Source: Octopus sinensis (lineage: Eukaryota). Taken from it: DNA of 64,000 nucleotides. The DNA lies in NCBI RefSeq assembly GCF_006345805.1, contig NC_042998.1, positions 132,432,001 to 132,496,000 on the forward strand, written 5' to 3'. A program made the translations under genes and the position numbers. Shown piece after piece: positions 38,045-51,838 of this stretch (its first letter is position 1; each line of letters opens with the position of its first letter). The notes under the pieces are model-generated. The model saw only the letters and a list, made by a program, of their open reading frames with translations, had not been told where the DNA came from and searched no databases.

Positions 38045-39377
38045 CCCTATGAAAATGAAAATAATGTAAGTTTAGAATATTAATTAACACAATAGGTTCT
38101 ATTCATGTCTTTATGTAATTTATAGAAATATTTCAGTGATGTTACATTGAGATGGTGATGATATATCAGGAAAAAAAAACCGACAAAGATGTTTGCAAGT
38201 AATGAACTGTTTGCTGCAGTACTATTCTACATATATCTCACTGGAAGTCTAGTCAGACTGCCTCCTATCGCTTCTCTATGGTATGTTCCACTAGAATTAA
38301 CAATGGATAATTCTTTCCAGTAACTGATAAATCTCTCTGATCTTTACTAACTATTAAATAATGACGTGTGTGTGTGTGTGTGTTTTAACATAAGAGTGGG
38401 GTTCTTTCACAGACTCACATCTCAGTAGGCCCTCTGGAGTCTTTTGACTGGGGGGGGAAACAAAAATAATTTAGCTAGTGGGGTTTTGGGTTATGATGAT
38501 GTCTATAAAACGACATAAGAGCTGCTAACTATGCATAGTTTACTAAAGATTTATGTTCTGGAACACTGGTGGAATCTGGCTTAATGTCATGAGAGAGAGA
38601 AAGAGCCAGAGATTGTTGTATGTGCATAAATGAAAAATATGTACACAGAATGGAGGACTGCGGATGAATAGACCAACAAATACATAGCTGGATAAACACA
38701 CGTACATACACATACACGCACCCACACATATATGCATACTGGTAGGAAGGTGGGCAGACACATTAACTTGTAAAGTCATAGAATAACAGATAGGTGGATG
38801 AATGATGGTGCCATATCATTAAATGTGACTTCTGGTATAGTAAGTAAATAGTACTCTTTTCATATTTTGCAGTTTTGTGCTTGAGGGTCTTTCAGATAGT
38901 TGTGATTCGAGGGAAAGTTGACTATCTTCACACCGTATTCAGTATACTCTCATTTTTCTGAGAAACCATTTAAATATATGCGTGCATATGTATGTATATC
39001 TGCATGATTTAAATCAGCTTATACATACATACATACCATACATATATGTTTGTATATATATATATATATATATATGCATTCACACTGTTTTGTTGGTGTG
39101 CATGCATTCTGATAAAATGTGTTTTGTGTGTGTGAATACCTTATATAAAAATAATAATACACAAAGCTAAAATTTCTTATGTGTACACCTGTGCGCAATG
39201 CATACATTTCAATTTATGCACATCTGTGTACTTACATAAATACATATACACCTGAGTAGGTGTATAAGTGTATGTATGAAAACTCTCTCTCTCTTCCTCT
39301 CATACACACGTACATGATAACAAGCTATGATTATATGCTGCCCATTACTGCTCTGTCCACCACCTTCACTCTCTCCC

Positions 39378-39443
<66 letters not shown>

Positions 39444-39980
39444 ACACACACAATTACAAAGATAACGGTTGTTCAACATTTAAAATGTTGTTGTTGTTGT
39501 TATCATTTAATAAGTATTATTTTGGCAGAACACAAAAATATCATCATCATTACACAGCTGCCATTAACAGTTATCTTTGTAATCATCATCATCATCATCA
39601 ATTCATTGTTGTTCTTTCTTTCTTTATTTTTAAAATCTTTGTTGTTGTTGCTATTCCAAGATTCTTTTGAAATTTGAAAACTCCATTATACACAATTGTG
39701 TTGTGTGTGTGTTTTCGTCTCTGTTGTATTTGTGTGTTTATTTATATGTGTGACTGCAATTTTACTGTCACCTATTTCATTACTCAACTTTGTGTGGACA
39801 TAGGCAACACCCAACATTTATAATAATAATAATAATAATAATAATGATGATGATGATGATGATTGCAATGATAATATATTTTCCGTAAGCTATGTAATAT
39901 TATTTCTATTGAGTGTATGGGTGGGTGATGTCTTCGGTGTGTGTATGGTGTGTATTTATTTTTCTTGATTTTACTCATAG

Positions 39981-40014
<34 letters not shown>

Positions 40015-42069
40015 CTTTATTCATTTTTCTTTTTTCTACTCTTTTAGTTCTTTTGAGTAAACAGTGTGGAATAATTCTTAACCATTTAGTGAAACAGTAT
40101 CAAATAAACAGCATCGCCGTCATCACCACCAGCACAGTGATAAGTGAACCATTAGTGATACTCACTAGTACAACTATTTCGAACACTATCAGCACCATTA
40201 CAACCATTAGTGATATTATCATCATCACAGAAACCATTACAACACTATCGCTAACATTAGCAACACTATCAGCATCATCATAGCCATTAGTGACATCATC
40301 ATCACCACAACAACCATTAACAGCCATTAGCAACACTATCAGCCATTAATTAGCATTACAACCAAGAAACAAACCAGTGTAGTATCTCTTCTATGTGGTT
40401 GTTTGACCTTTGAGAAATAGCAGCTAAATCTCCTTTGAATTACATCTTACCTGAAAAATTAAATTTAAAAATAAAATTTGAAATAGCATGTCTTGACCAA
40501 AGTGAACTCAAGGTTCAGTTGGCACCTGTCACATGTTCCTACTCTTCATTGCTCTGTGTTTTAGCCAAATTTATAGGAGTTGAAGAATGCTGCTTAACTC
40601 CCTACCTCCTGATCGATGAACTTTTCCCCATACCTTTAACAAATCTTGCACAAAATAAATTTTGTAGGTTTTATAACCAGCTAGGGAGAACATGTCCAAC
40701 AAATGAAGAAACTAAATCTTGTTCTACGTGTTTCCTCTCTTTGGGGGTTACAGTCACAAAATTATCTGAGAGCATGCTTTAAGCTGTATAATTATCTTAG
40801 AGAGCAGGCTGTGGTTTGTTATGTAAATATTTGAGAGTAGATTATTAGAACAGGATACTCCCACTTGAAAAAGCCTAAGGTTATGACAAGAAACAAAAAG
40901 TGAATGCTTTGTTTGGCACAGATGACTTGCTCTAGTTGATTTGATGATGGGAGCTACTTGACATCAAGAGCATGCTAACTTTTGTTTGGTTGTTATTCAT
41001 GCTCACTCAGTGTAGCAGCTAAACTGATCCTTATCCAATTGCTGATGGCATGTAAAGAAGTATATGAGGGCGGGAGGGGGGGGGTAAGCATAATATATCA
41101 ATAAAATTCTAAATCTCAAGGATTAAGATAACATACCAATATATTACAGAAACAGGTGGTCAAAGGATAGAATCCACTATTGAATGGTGACTATTCAAAT
41201 CTTGCTTCCTTATTCAATGTTTCCTTTTAACCAACTAAGAAAAAATCCATTATATATTATTCGTATGTGATTTTTATATTTTTTTCTAACTTCATGTTTA
41301 TGTTTTGTATACATACACATGTGCGCATGCATATACTGTACATACTCATATAAAAGTTGATTATTTTTAAACATACCTTTAGATTAAATTCCAAAGTTTG
41401 ATCATTATTCGGTTATTACTTTTGAGAAATCATTCTCAACCATTTCTCTTCCTACTATAGATCTCTTTGAGCCTTACTTTAACCTCAGGGCAATTCAGTG
41501 TTTAAATAGTCTTATATTTCTATTATCAAATATTATTATGAATTGTATTTAAAAAAAAAATTTTATATTTTTTATATTGTAGAAATACAAGCAATTTATT
41601 GCACATAAGTTTTAACAACAAAATCTCATGTAGGACCTTCAGTTGAGAAACATTGCTTTAGAGCAGGCGTGGGATAACTTTTCGATGTGGTGGGCAAAAA
41701 TTTCCAAAGTAAAAAGGTCCGCGAGCAGATCACAAGTTCTAACTCTTATATCTATGTAAATCTTGTATATATCTATGTATAATTTAATATACATTAATAA
41801 AGATAAGTTTAACACATTAAATTAATGCATAACATCTTCATTAATGCCACCACTGAATTTAGGATATTTATATTACTTATGAGGTTTCTATATTTTTCAG
41901 CTACAGTGTAGTTGGGTCTGAAGGAGGTGGTACAAACCTAGTAATATGTGTGTTATAACGAAAACAAAATTTCTATTCAAATGGCAATTACTGGACGATT
42001 TTCTGATCGAGATCTAACCATTTTAAGTCATAGTGGAAACACTGGCCTATGTTGCAAATAGGCATATGC

Positions 42070-42231
42070 ATCATCATCATCGTTTAACGTCTGCTTTCCA
42101 TGCTAGCATGGGTTGGACAATTTTGGCTGAGGGATGGTGAACCAGATGGCTGCACCAGGCTCCAATCTTGATTTGGCAGAGTTTCTATTGCTGGATGCCC
42201 TTCCTAACGCCAACCACTCCGAGAGTGTAGT
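42070..42231 (-). mobile_element. Short copy of the RTE 3' end without internal tandem units
   Basis: (atc)n gtttaacgtctgctttccatgctagcatgggttggac...ggatgcccttcctaacgccaaccactccgagagtgtag. Confidence 0.85.
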
Positions 42232-42775
42232 AAAATTTCTACAATTGAAAAATTTACCATATTTTGTACATATGAGTACGGGCGCAATAAAATATGCTTG
42301 CAGACGCAATTGTGTCCATGGGCCGGTGGTTCCCCGCCCTTGTTTTCGACGTTCTGAAATTCAATGTACAATACAAAGTACTGAATTGGTTGTAGAACTC
42401 TATGTGATTTCTTAAGATAAAATTTCACAAATGCCCTGTGCATTATTACCATGGATTATATTACTATGAATATAAATGATTTTGCAGTGTAGTTTGTATC
42501 ATTAATTCTGGTGCGGTTTCTTTGGTAATGAACTTGAGAAACCCGTAACCTAATTATTTGTGTGATTTGTACATTAAAATGCATAACAAGCAAGATAACA
42601 TTTCCTTACTGTAACTGCATAGCATAATCCCTCAACCATCAAAAGTTGTATAACTAGGATTTACTATTACATGACTTAATGTGAACATTTACACTGTGTG
42701 TGTGTGTGTGTGTATCATGTGCCTGTGTGTGCATGTATGTATGTGTATATTTATGTGTATGTGTGTGTGTGTGTG

Positions 42776-42806
<31 letters not shown>

Positions 42807-43420
42807 TGTGTGTGTATATGCACGCATAAAATATGGACATATGTGTAATCTGTGTGCCTGTCTACATGCATGTACTTATGTGTATGTCCATGCACGCGTA
42901 TAATGGCACTGACCCTGCACGATTATAGCAATATGGCTGTGATCAGTGTGTGTGTGTGTGAACCTCACATGTTAATTTTTTTTTTCTTTCTGTTGCTGCA
43001 CCTCTTTCTCTCTCTCCTTTTCTTGGCAATCCTTGTTTGAGATTTTTTTTTTTTTTTTAACAATACACTCTTTTTGTTTTTCAAATACAAGCCTGTCCTA
43101 CATATTCTTTTTCTGAGTATTCATATTAAATTCTTTTAATGACGAGAAAAAATAACAAACAAACCACGTGGGTGGATATTCCAAGTTTTCACAAGGTACA
43201 TTTGTTCTCAAGGATCAAAACTCAAGATAATGAATTCTGATAGCACAAGTCGTTTGTCTATTTCAAAATAGCTCATGTATATATTAGCTTAGCCTATTAT
43301 AGACGTCACATATGTCTTTAATAGACTGTGTTAATGTGTACATTGCATTTGTACACAATGGAAAACTCACACAGAACATTTTGTATAGGTATTTGCACAC
43401 ACGTTCACACATGCACACGT

Positions 43421-43786
43421 GGTACTTTTGGGTTATCTCATCCCCATTCAAAAATTGGGTTGTCTCCCCTGTTTTACGAGAAATATTGGTACTTTTGGTC
43501 ATCAACCCTCGGCTAAAAAAATTGTTTAACCTTCAATAAACCAAAAAAAGAAAAATGAAAAATTAATAAACATGAAAACTGAAAAAATTAAACATCTTAT
43601 TGAATATGATAACATTTTATACCATTCCTATTAAGAAGGCCAAATGTCAACAATGTGTTGAAGTATTGAATCAAAAGGTTCTAACTCTTTTAATCCAATC
43701 TCTTCTCACCACATTAACTTGATTTTTTTTTTTTAGTGGGGAGATAACCCAATTTTTTAATGGGGGTGAGACAACCAAAAAGTACC
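43421..43786. mobile_element. Merlin-like MITE, copy 1 (complete)
   Basis: ~50-bp TIRs beginning GGTAC; perfect 8-bp TSD gcacacgt at 43413-43420 and 43787-43794. Confidence 0.88.
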
Positions 43787-43873
43787 GCACACGTTTTTGC
43801 ATCATGATCATTGTCACCATATCATTTAGATGTCTATATATGGGTCAACAGAAATTCATTGAGGCAGATTTTT

Positions 43874-44255
43874 GGTACTTTATGGTTATCTCACCCCCAT
43901 TAAAAAAAAATTTGGTTATCTCCTTCATTTTATGAAAGATATGGGTACTTTTGGTTATCTCCCCCAACTAAAAAAAAATTCTTTAATCCTCAATAAAACA
44001 AAGATAAAAAAAGGAAAAAATTAATAAATCTGAAAGTGGAAAAGAATATAAAGGAAAACTGAAGATATTAAACATCTTGAATCTAATAACATTTTTGTAA
44101 CAAATCATACCATGCCTATTGAGGAGACCAAATGTCAACTATGTGTTGAAGTATTGAATCAAAAGGATCTAACCCTTTTTATCCAATCTCTTGCCGCCAC
44201 ATAAACTCAATTTTTTAGTGGGGAGATAACCCAATTTTTTAATGGGGGTGAGACA
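43874..44255. mobile_element. Merlin-like MITE, copy 2 (right terminus lost)
   Basis: Same left TIR and interior (ccaaatgtcaac.atgtgttgaagtattgaatcaaaagg); the right TIR stops at gtgagaca. Confidence 0.8.
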
Positions 44256-46004
44256 TAAGCCACACACACAACACTGTTAAATAAGGTCAAAAATTATGAT
44301 GATGACGATGATGGCATGCAGATCTGTTAAAAATGTTAGAAGCATTTCCTCCACATCTCTATTTATTTCCCGCGATATCTAATTTAAAACTTTCAACACA
44401 GCAAACACTGCAGACAAGAAAGTAAGCTCCTGGTGAGCTAAGGTTGTGACCTGGTTTTGCATTGCCATTTTAGATACATATTTCGCTTCACACGTATTTT
44501 TGAAATCAATAGACATGAGAATAAATTGCTAAGCAAGCTCTCTTATACAAAGCAATGAACGTACTTCTATACTTCTGCGCAGTCACTCGACACACAGCAA
44601 ACAGCATCCAAATTCCCTTAGAAGTCACATCCTACGGTCTTACAAAAACAAAAAGAAAATAATGGTATAGTCCAAGACATAACGAATCGGAGTTGGGGTA
44701 AACTGTCATAACAATAATATCTTTGATCTTAAGACTATTGATTAGGACTGACCTGAAGCTAAGTAAATTTATTAACCTCACCTTTGAGATTCACACTATT
44801 AGAATTATAAGGTAGTGATTAAGAGTAAGAAAAGAAAGTGCTTTCTCTTGCAGAAAGCTTGCTGGTCCTTAAATAACACTTATACTCATCGGCTTTGTTA
44901 ATTCTATCTTCTAGTTTCGTTTTGTGCCTGATAACATGTGTGCTTGTAGAAGAGGGGCGAATCCTGGCTGGTTGCAGTTCTGGTTAGAAATGGCATGGGT
45001 AAAGATCTCTTGAAGTTGAGGACGCCTACGTAGGTGAACCGGAGTTAGAGCAATTGAGTTGTTTGAAAAGCTTAGAGATTGCAGTAATAGGAGTAATAAC
45101 TGGTTATATTTAAAAGAAAGATACAGACTGACAGATAGAAATAAGGCAGCAGTCGATCTTGCTTTTCCTCCTTTCAAGACCAGTAAAATAAATACCAGTT
45201 AAGCACTGGGGACTATGTAATCAACTAACCCCTGCAACTGCTGGTCTTGTGCCAAAGTTTGAAACCAATACGCACACCTAAACACAACATATATACACAC
45301 ACCTATACACAATCTATATATATACATAAAAATTATATGAATATGTATGTACACCCGAGAAAACAGTCACACTTAATATGATTAATTTTATTTTTGAAAA
45401 AGTTTTGTATTTTAAGTATACTTGAGAGAAAGAGAGAGTGGGAGAGAGACAGGCAGAGAAAATGATAGTTTATTTTATTTTTATGTTTTACTCTTTCAAG
45501 TCAGATCATTGCAGTAATTCTTCTATCAAATAACAGAGGCCAGGAGAGCTTGGAGTGAGGGGAGGTAACGTTGACTCATGCTTAGTCATAGTCATTCCTG
45601 TTAGTTCTAATAGATTCATGTATAACACACACACCTTTTCTTCTTCTCTGTGGTTTGTGATTTGAAAGTTTTTTTTTTTCCTTGATATGTAAACATACGA
45701 AATTATAGAAAAACGAAAAAGAAAAAAAATGGAAAGAAATGCATAAATATAAACAATATTTTCTTATAAAAAAGAAAGACATAAATAAAAGAAGGTTAAA
45801 GAAAAAAATCGTTAAAAGATCTTTTGAAATTATATAGCATTTAAGAAAAAAAAGAAGAATTGCTACTACAGATGCAAAGGATATAAAAAATGATTATGCA
45901 ATATAAAAGGCACAGGCTTGGCTGTGCAGTTTAAAAGTTTGGTTGATAATCACGTGGTTTTGGGTTTAGTCCCAATTGCATGTTACCTTCAGCATATATC
46001 TTCT

Positions 46005-46036
<32 letters not shown>

Positions 46037-46038
<2 letters not shown>

Positions 46039-46436
46039 CGTAGGAAAGGCTGTGTGGTAAGTAGCTTGCTTACCTACCACATGGTTCCGAGTTCAGTCCC
46101 ACTGCGTAGCACCTTGGGCAATTGTCTTCTACTATAGCCTCGGGCCAACCAAAGCCTTGTGAGTGGGTTTGGTAAACGGAAACTGAAAAAAGCCCATTGT
46201 ATATATATATGTATATATATATATATGTAGGTGTGTATGTGTTTGTACCCCCAACATCGCTTGACAACCGATGCTGGTGTGTTTACATCTCCGTAACTTA
46301 GTGGTTCGAAAAAGAGACCAATAGAATAAGTACTAGGCTTACAAAGAATAAGTCCTGGGGTTGATTTGCTCGACTAAAGGCGGTGCTCCAGCATGGCTAC
46401 AGTCAAATGACTGAAACAAGTAAAAGAATAAAAGAG
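46037..46436 (+). mobile_element. SINE family A, full length
   Basis: Collinear with 9307-9730, including the central microsatellite. Confidence 0.9.
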
Positions 46437-46571
46437 ATATATCCCTCTGCCCCTCCTGGTCACAAACTGATATGAGTGTGTTTGGCATGTTAAGCCATAG
46501 GGCAACATTGCCAATACTGGGGGTAGAAATCAACATTGATGACAGGAAAGGTATCCAGCCGAAGAAAATCT

Positions 46572-46911
46572 GGTATTTATTGGTTATCTCACTTCCATTA
46601 AAAAATTTGGTTATCTCCCCCAGCTGAAAAAATTGTTTTAACCCTCAATAGGAAAAATTAATAAACATGAAAAGGGAAAAAATTTGATAATATTTTTATA
46701 ACAAAACTGAAAAAAAATTAAACATCTTATTGGATCTTATAATAAATCATGCCATGTCTATTGAGGAGGCCAAAAGTCAACAATATGTTGAAGTATTGAA
46801 TCAAAAGGATCTAATCCTTTTAATCCAATCTCTTGTCGTCACATAGACTCAACTTTTTAGTGGTGAGATAACCCAATTTTTTAATGGGGAGTGAAATAAC
46901 CAAAAAGTACC
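46572..46911. mobile_element. Merlin-like MITE, copy 3
   Basis: Both TIRs present (ggtatttattggttatctc / aataaccaaaaagtacc) and the same interior; no TSD match. Confidence 0.78.
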
Positions 46912-49618
46912 CGTCACTATTTACAATTTTGTTCCAGTTGTTTTCAGATTTGGTATATGGATTAAGTTTTGTATACTAGTTATGAAAATGAAATTCATTT
47001 TCCCTATAAATTCATAATTAAAAAGTTATTAACCATTAAAGTTTGCAAAATTTGGGTATCTTAACCAACCAAATGCGAGTATTTTACATATCCCCGTAGT
47101 GAAAATTTCTTATTTCCATAGTAACCAAATCAAGGAATCACTATGTGTTGCTTAGCTGATTGCAAAGAACTGCTTCCATAGTAACCAAAGATACTGTGCA
47201 TGCGCACAAGGAAGCAATACGAGAAAGATAATTTATTTTAGAAAATCCTAGTTTAACATTTTGACATGCTGATGCCCCCACCTCCCTGATGATGGAAGAG
47301 GCAGCTATTTTCTTGATGGGCCAAAAATTCTGAAAATTATCAAACTGTGAATATCCGTAACATTTTTTCAAAATTTTTCTGGAATAAATTAATTACAAAT
47401 TCGGATTCGGCATCAAAAATTACATCTATATGATACATAAAAAAATTTTTTTTTTACAGATAATTGTTAACGGTGGTGCAAACCACAAAGATCCCATGTA
47501 CCTCAATCAAATCAATTGATTATACCCCCCATCAATACCGTAAACTTTTAGCTATCTATTAATGTTAAAATTGGTTATTTTATTGTGTTTTGTTTGCTTG
47601 TTTATTTTTTTTTACTACTAGTAGGGGAGATAATTAGCGGAATTGGTAAAGCTGTAGACATAACGCATGTATTACGTCCGTCCGGCAATTAATTTCCGGG
47701 GTTCAGTTTTTGACCTTGTGGTCTCAGATATCATAACCATTAGCCTTGTGTATTCTTAAAGTACATTGGAATAGGGTATCAATGAGTTATGATGGAAGAC
47801 AATAATACTTAAATGACATGTTTTAAATGGTTCAGATGCTTACTGTTATAGTTTCTCTTCCATCCCTTGGCAGGGTGGTGGAGTGCTGTAAAATACTCAT
47901 CAATGACTTTTTAGCATCAGGTCAACCTACACAGAGCAGTCATGATCAGACATTCCAACCATGACCTACCCAAATTTTCATAAAATACCGATTAGTGGAT
48001 TATGAATATGATTGAGATTTGGTTGCTGTTTTTAACAGATTTGAATAACCATGCAAAGGTTCTCTCATTGGCATCTTCAAGTATCAGTAATATACTGTGG
48101 TCGATTCACTCTGAGTATTCAAATGCGTGTGGCTTTGTGCTGAAATTAGAAATAATTATTAATTGCTGTAGTTAATTCTCCAATGTCTTGTGGTTTTATT
48201 TAATTATGTTTCTTTATAGCTGGAGTTCATATCCTGCCAGGCTTGGCTTTGCCTTTGAATATCAGGAATCAACTTACATTTGATTCAATTAATTATGCTC
48301 CTTCTTCATACGTTGCTGTTTAAACAATGTTATGCGTTCACTCCTACCCAAGCTATGTATTGTGTATGCAATTTTATTATACTTATGCACTTTAAGTGTA
48401 TAGTTTGTGTCTGTTGCCTTATACTTTATCAATGCTCTTCCAACACTCGTCTCAATCCCCTTAATGCATATCTTCTCTTCTACTTCATCAATTTATGGTG
48501 AATAATTGTGCGTTTCTTTCTTCCTCTTCATTTGTATGTACTTTATCGTTGCTGTTTGTGAAGCCCGAGGCCAGCCCTTATCAAGCTGAAGAAGATTAAA
48601 GACGTCTCAGCTGCCATTATTTTTGCGTTTTCATTTTAGCTCAGATGCAATATATCTTTCCTTGCTCTACATAATTCCATTTTTTTTTTTTTTTTCCATG
48701 AGGATACAGTGCAGGATTTGGGTGTTGTTTTTAATGAGTCGAATGACCAGACCACATTGTTGACCTTCATTGCTTGGCTCACTTGGTAGAGCTGTGACTC
48801 CTGTTGTTGTTGTTGGATATTTGCGTTTAGTTTGTAGTTTTAATTGTTGTTGCAGCTAATGTTTTCTGAAGTTTTTTTTTGTTTTTTTTTGTTTTTTCTT
48901 TTGGTTACTGTTGCTGGAGCATTAATTATGATGGTGGACAGAGGATATAATTATGATGGATGTGGTTGGGTAGTTGAAGTAAAGTTGTAAATACCTTGCA
49001 GTGGTAGTTGTGTTGGTAAATGTTTTTTTTTTATTTTGTGGCCACTGTAGTGTTGATGGTAATACTATGTTCCTGTAGTTTAGCCCTAGGCTAAACCCCA
49101 CTATTGAGCAGACATAAGATCAAAGTCATTTGAACTATGACCCTTCTTTTCTTTCTTTCGTTTTTTTGTTGTTGTTGTTTTCTGTGACAGATTTGATTTA
49201 TGGGTGATTTGGCTACTATTTCTAAGAGGCCACATAACCATATAGTGGCTCATTCTGGTATGTTTGTGATTTGCGGTAGTGTTGTTGCGCTGGTAGTGGT
49301 GGTAGATTTGATGTAACTCTGCCTATAAAGTTAGTGTGGTTGTTATGATGTTCATGGTTGTGATGATTGGGATATTGTTGCTATTGGTAATGGGTCATTG
49401 TTGTTGGTTGATTGATGTTGTTGCTGTTATTGTTGGATTTTGATGGTGGTCTTGCCTGAGAAGCTTCAGCAGTGTGTATGTCTGACTAACATTTTACGTA
49501 ATTAGTTCGATTCATACCAAGGTTTTCTTACAACACACATCTCTCTATTTCTCTCTCTCTCTCTCTCTCTCTTCAAAGTCCCTTTATCTCTTTTCTTTGC
49601 CCTCTTTTGGCTCTTTTC

Positions 49619-49657
<39 letters not shown>

Positions 49658-49929
49658 GCCCTCCTCTCAGTTTACTTTTATGGAGTGGATTTCTTCTTCT
49701 TACCTTGACTCATCATCATCATCATTGTCATCATCAATCACACCAGGGCGTCTCATCTCGATTCTCTGCCAGCTGTCCCTTTAAGCAATTTCTAAAGCAA
49801 TTCCATACTTGTAAATCCCTAGTTAACTGTATGTCTGCCAGTTTTTTGCTTTCAGCTTACCCAGCAATGGTAGTGATATTCTTTATAGTTTCGTAGTAGG
49901 TGTTGGTGGCAATGTTGCAGATGGCCTAC

Positions 49930-49988
<59 letters not shown>

Positions 49989-50480
49989 CGGCGGTGGTGG
50001 TGTGGAGGTGCTGTCGATCAACAGAGTATCAATAGTTATTTGAGGTTAAAGTTTGTGTGTGTGTGTGTGTTGTCTATGCTGGTGGTGGTGTTGGCATCTT
50101 GCATAGCTTATTCACTGGAATTGGTAGGGCCTGCATAATGTGTCTTACAGCATTCAGCTGCTGTATGAAAAGAAAATGTCCAAAGGGGAATTGAAAGGAC
50201 TTGCTCCCTCCCCTCCATTCACACAAAGAGCATTGCACAAGTTAATCCAGAAACCCAGTATTTGGTGACATCATGTGGCCGATGATAATGATGGCTTCAG
50301 GCCTTTGCTCTAGGCCAGTTAAATTGTCTTTATTACATGACTCGTTCTGTTTCATAAGCCACCCCCAGCACTCCTGCTGGACAAAAGGGAATTAGAACTC
50401 TCTTCTCTTGATCCTGCAGTGAGATATTTATTAATTGCAACTGTAAAAGATCATATGAATTCAGTAATAACAACAATCCT

Positions 50481-51380
50481 CTCTACTCTAGGCACAAGGC
50501 CTGAAATTTTGTGGGAGGGGGCCTGACGATTACAGTGACCCCCCCCCTGCCTCCATCCCCATTGCTCAACTTGTATTTATTTCATCGACTCCCAAAAGGA
50601 TGAAAGTCAACCTCAGCGGGATTTGAACTCAGACTGTAAAGAGGGACATAGTGGTGATAAGCATTTTGTTTGGCATGCTAGCAATTCTGTCTGGTCTCCA
50701 CTTTAATAATTTTTTCTACTCTAGGCACAATGCCTGAAATTTTGGGGGAGGGAGGCAGTCGATCAGATTGACCCCAGTACGCAACTGGTATTTAATTTAT
50801 CAACCCCCGAAAGGATGAAAGGCAAAGTCGACCTCGGCGGAATTTGAACTCAGAACACAGCAGCAGACAAAATACTGCTGAGCATTTCGCCCAGCATGCT
50901 AACAATTCTGCCAGCTCGCCGCCTTTTGACTTTAATAATAATAATTATAATGATTTCTAACTTGGTCACAATTTTGAGGGGAAGGAGTTAATAATAATAG
51001 TAATGATAATTCTTGTCTTTCATTTAGGAGCAAGATCAGTGTTTTTTCTTTTTTTCTTTTTTTTTTCCAGCAGCAGAGAGGTTTAGCTGGAGGGCTGAAT
51101 GGTAAAGTTCACTGCAACATGATTTGAACTCAGAATGTTAAGAACCTAGAGAAACACTGCAAAGCATTTTCTCTAATGCTATAATGATTCTGCTAGCTCA
51201 CTGTCTTGGAATGATAATTTCTGATTGATGCACAAGGCCAGCAATGTGAGGTGTAGTCAATAGCATTTACTCCAGTACTTGACTGGTGCTTCATTTTATC
51301 AACCTTGAAAAGAAACGAAAAATGATGTTGTCCATAGCAGATTAGATCCTGCAAAGCATTTTATCCTAAGCTCTATTTTT
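50481..51380 (-). mobile_element. Head-to-tail cluster of 4-5 SINE family B copies or fragments
   Basis: ggcacaaggcc / gaatttgaactcaga / ctgccagctc-type motifs recur at ~50481-50708, 50712-50935, 50950-51000, 51100-51215 and 51218-51380, separated by (aat)n. Confidence 0.7.
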
Positions 51381-51485
51381 TGCCATTATGTGTGATACTA
51401 AGATAGAATTGCAGGCACTCAGATGATATCCAACAGAGTTTTAGTAGAAAGGTAATGTTTCAGGAAGTAGCATTGGGTAATCATG

Positions 51486-51838
51486 TTTATGCCAGAAAGC
51501 AGTGGTATTGTTTTTAGTTGTTGTGCTTGTTTGTTTGTCTGTGGACAAGATATCTCAAGAACTGCTAGATGGATTCAAATGAAACTTTCAGGGATGTTTG
51601 GCCTCATGACTGGCACAAGCTGATTTAGATTTGGGGATCAATCCAGTACTGGACAAGGATTCTGAATCATTTTTCATTTTTATTTTTTTACTTCATCTTT
51701 GAGAGCAGTCAGGTTCGTTTTTGATATTCTCATTTGTGAGAACAGTTGAGTATTATTTCAGGTATTCTCATTTCAAAAATCACCTCTAGCTAATAGTTGA
51801 GAGGATGTTGGTGTTTGCACTCACTGAGTGTTCTTGTT
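51486..51838 (+). mobile_element. Helentron/HINE-like non-autonomous element
   Basis: 5' (gttt)n gtctgt then gatatctcaagaactgctagatggattcaaatgaaactt, and a 3' end ggtgtttgcactcactgagtgttcttgtt. This matches the architecture I recall for Helentron-associated elements; single copy here. Confidence 0.5.

Noticed and set aside
41046-41066. Resemblance to mature miR-1 (tggcatgtaaagaagtatatg)
   Set aside because: Seed mismatch and no complementary star arm upstream, so no precursor hairpin.
41428-42342. Two adjacent degenerate hAT-like MITEs sharing a ctttagag junction
   Set aside because: TIRs are degenerate and outer TSDs match only 7/8 and about 5/8; too weak to call.
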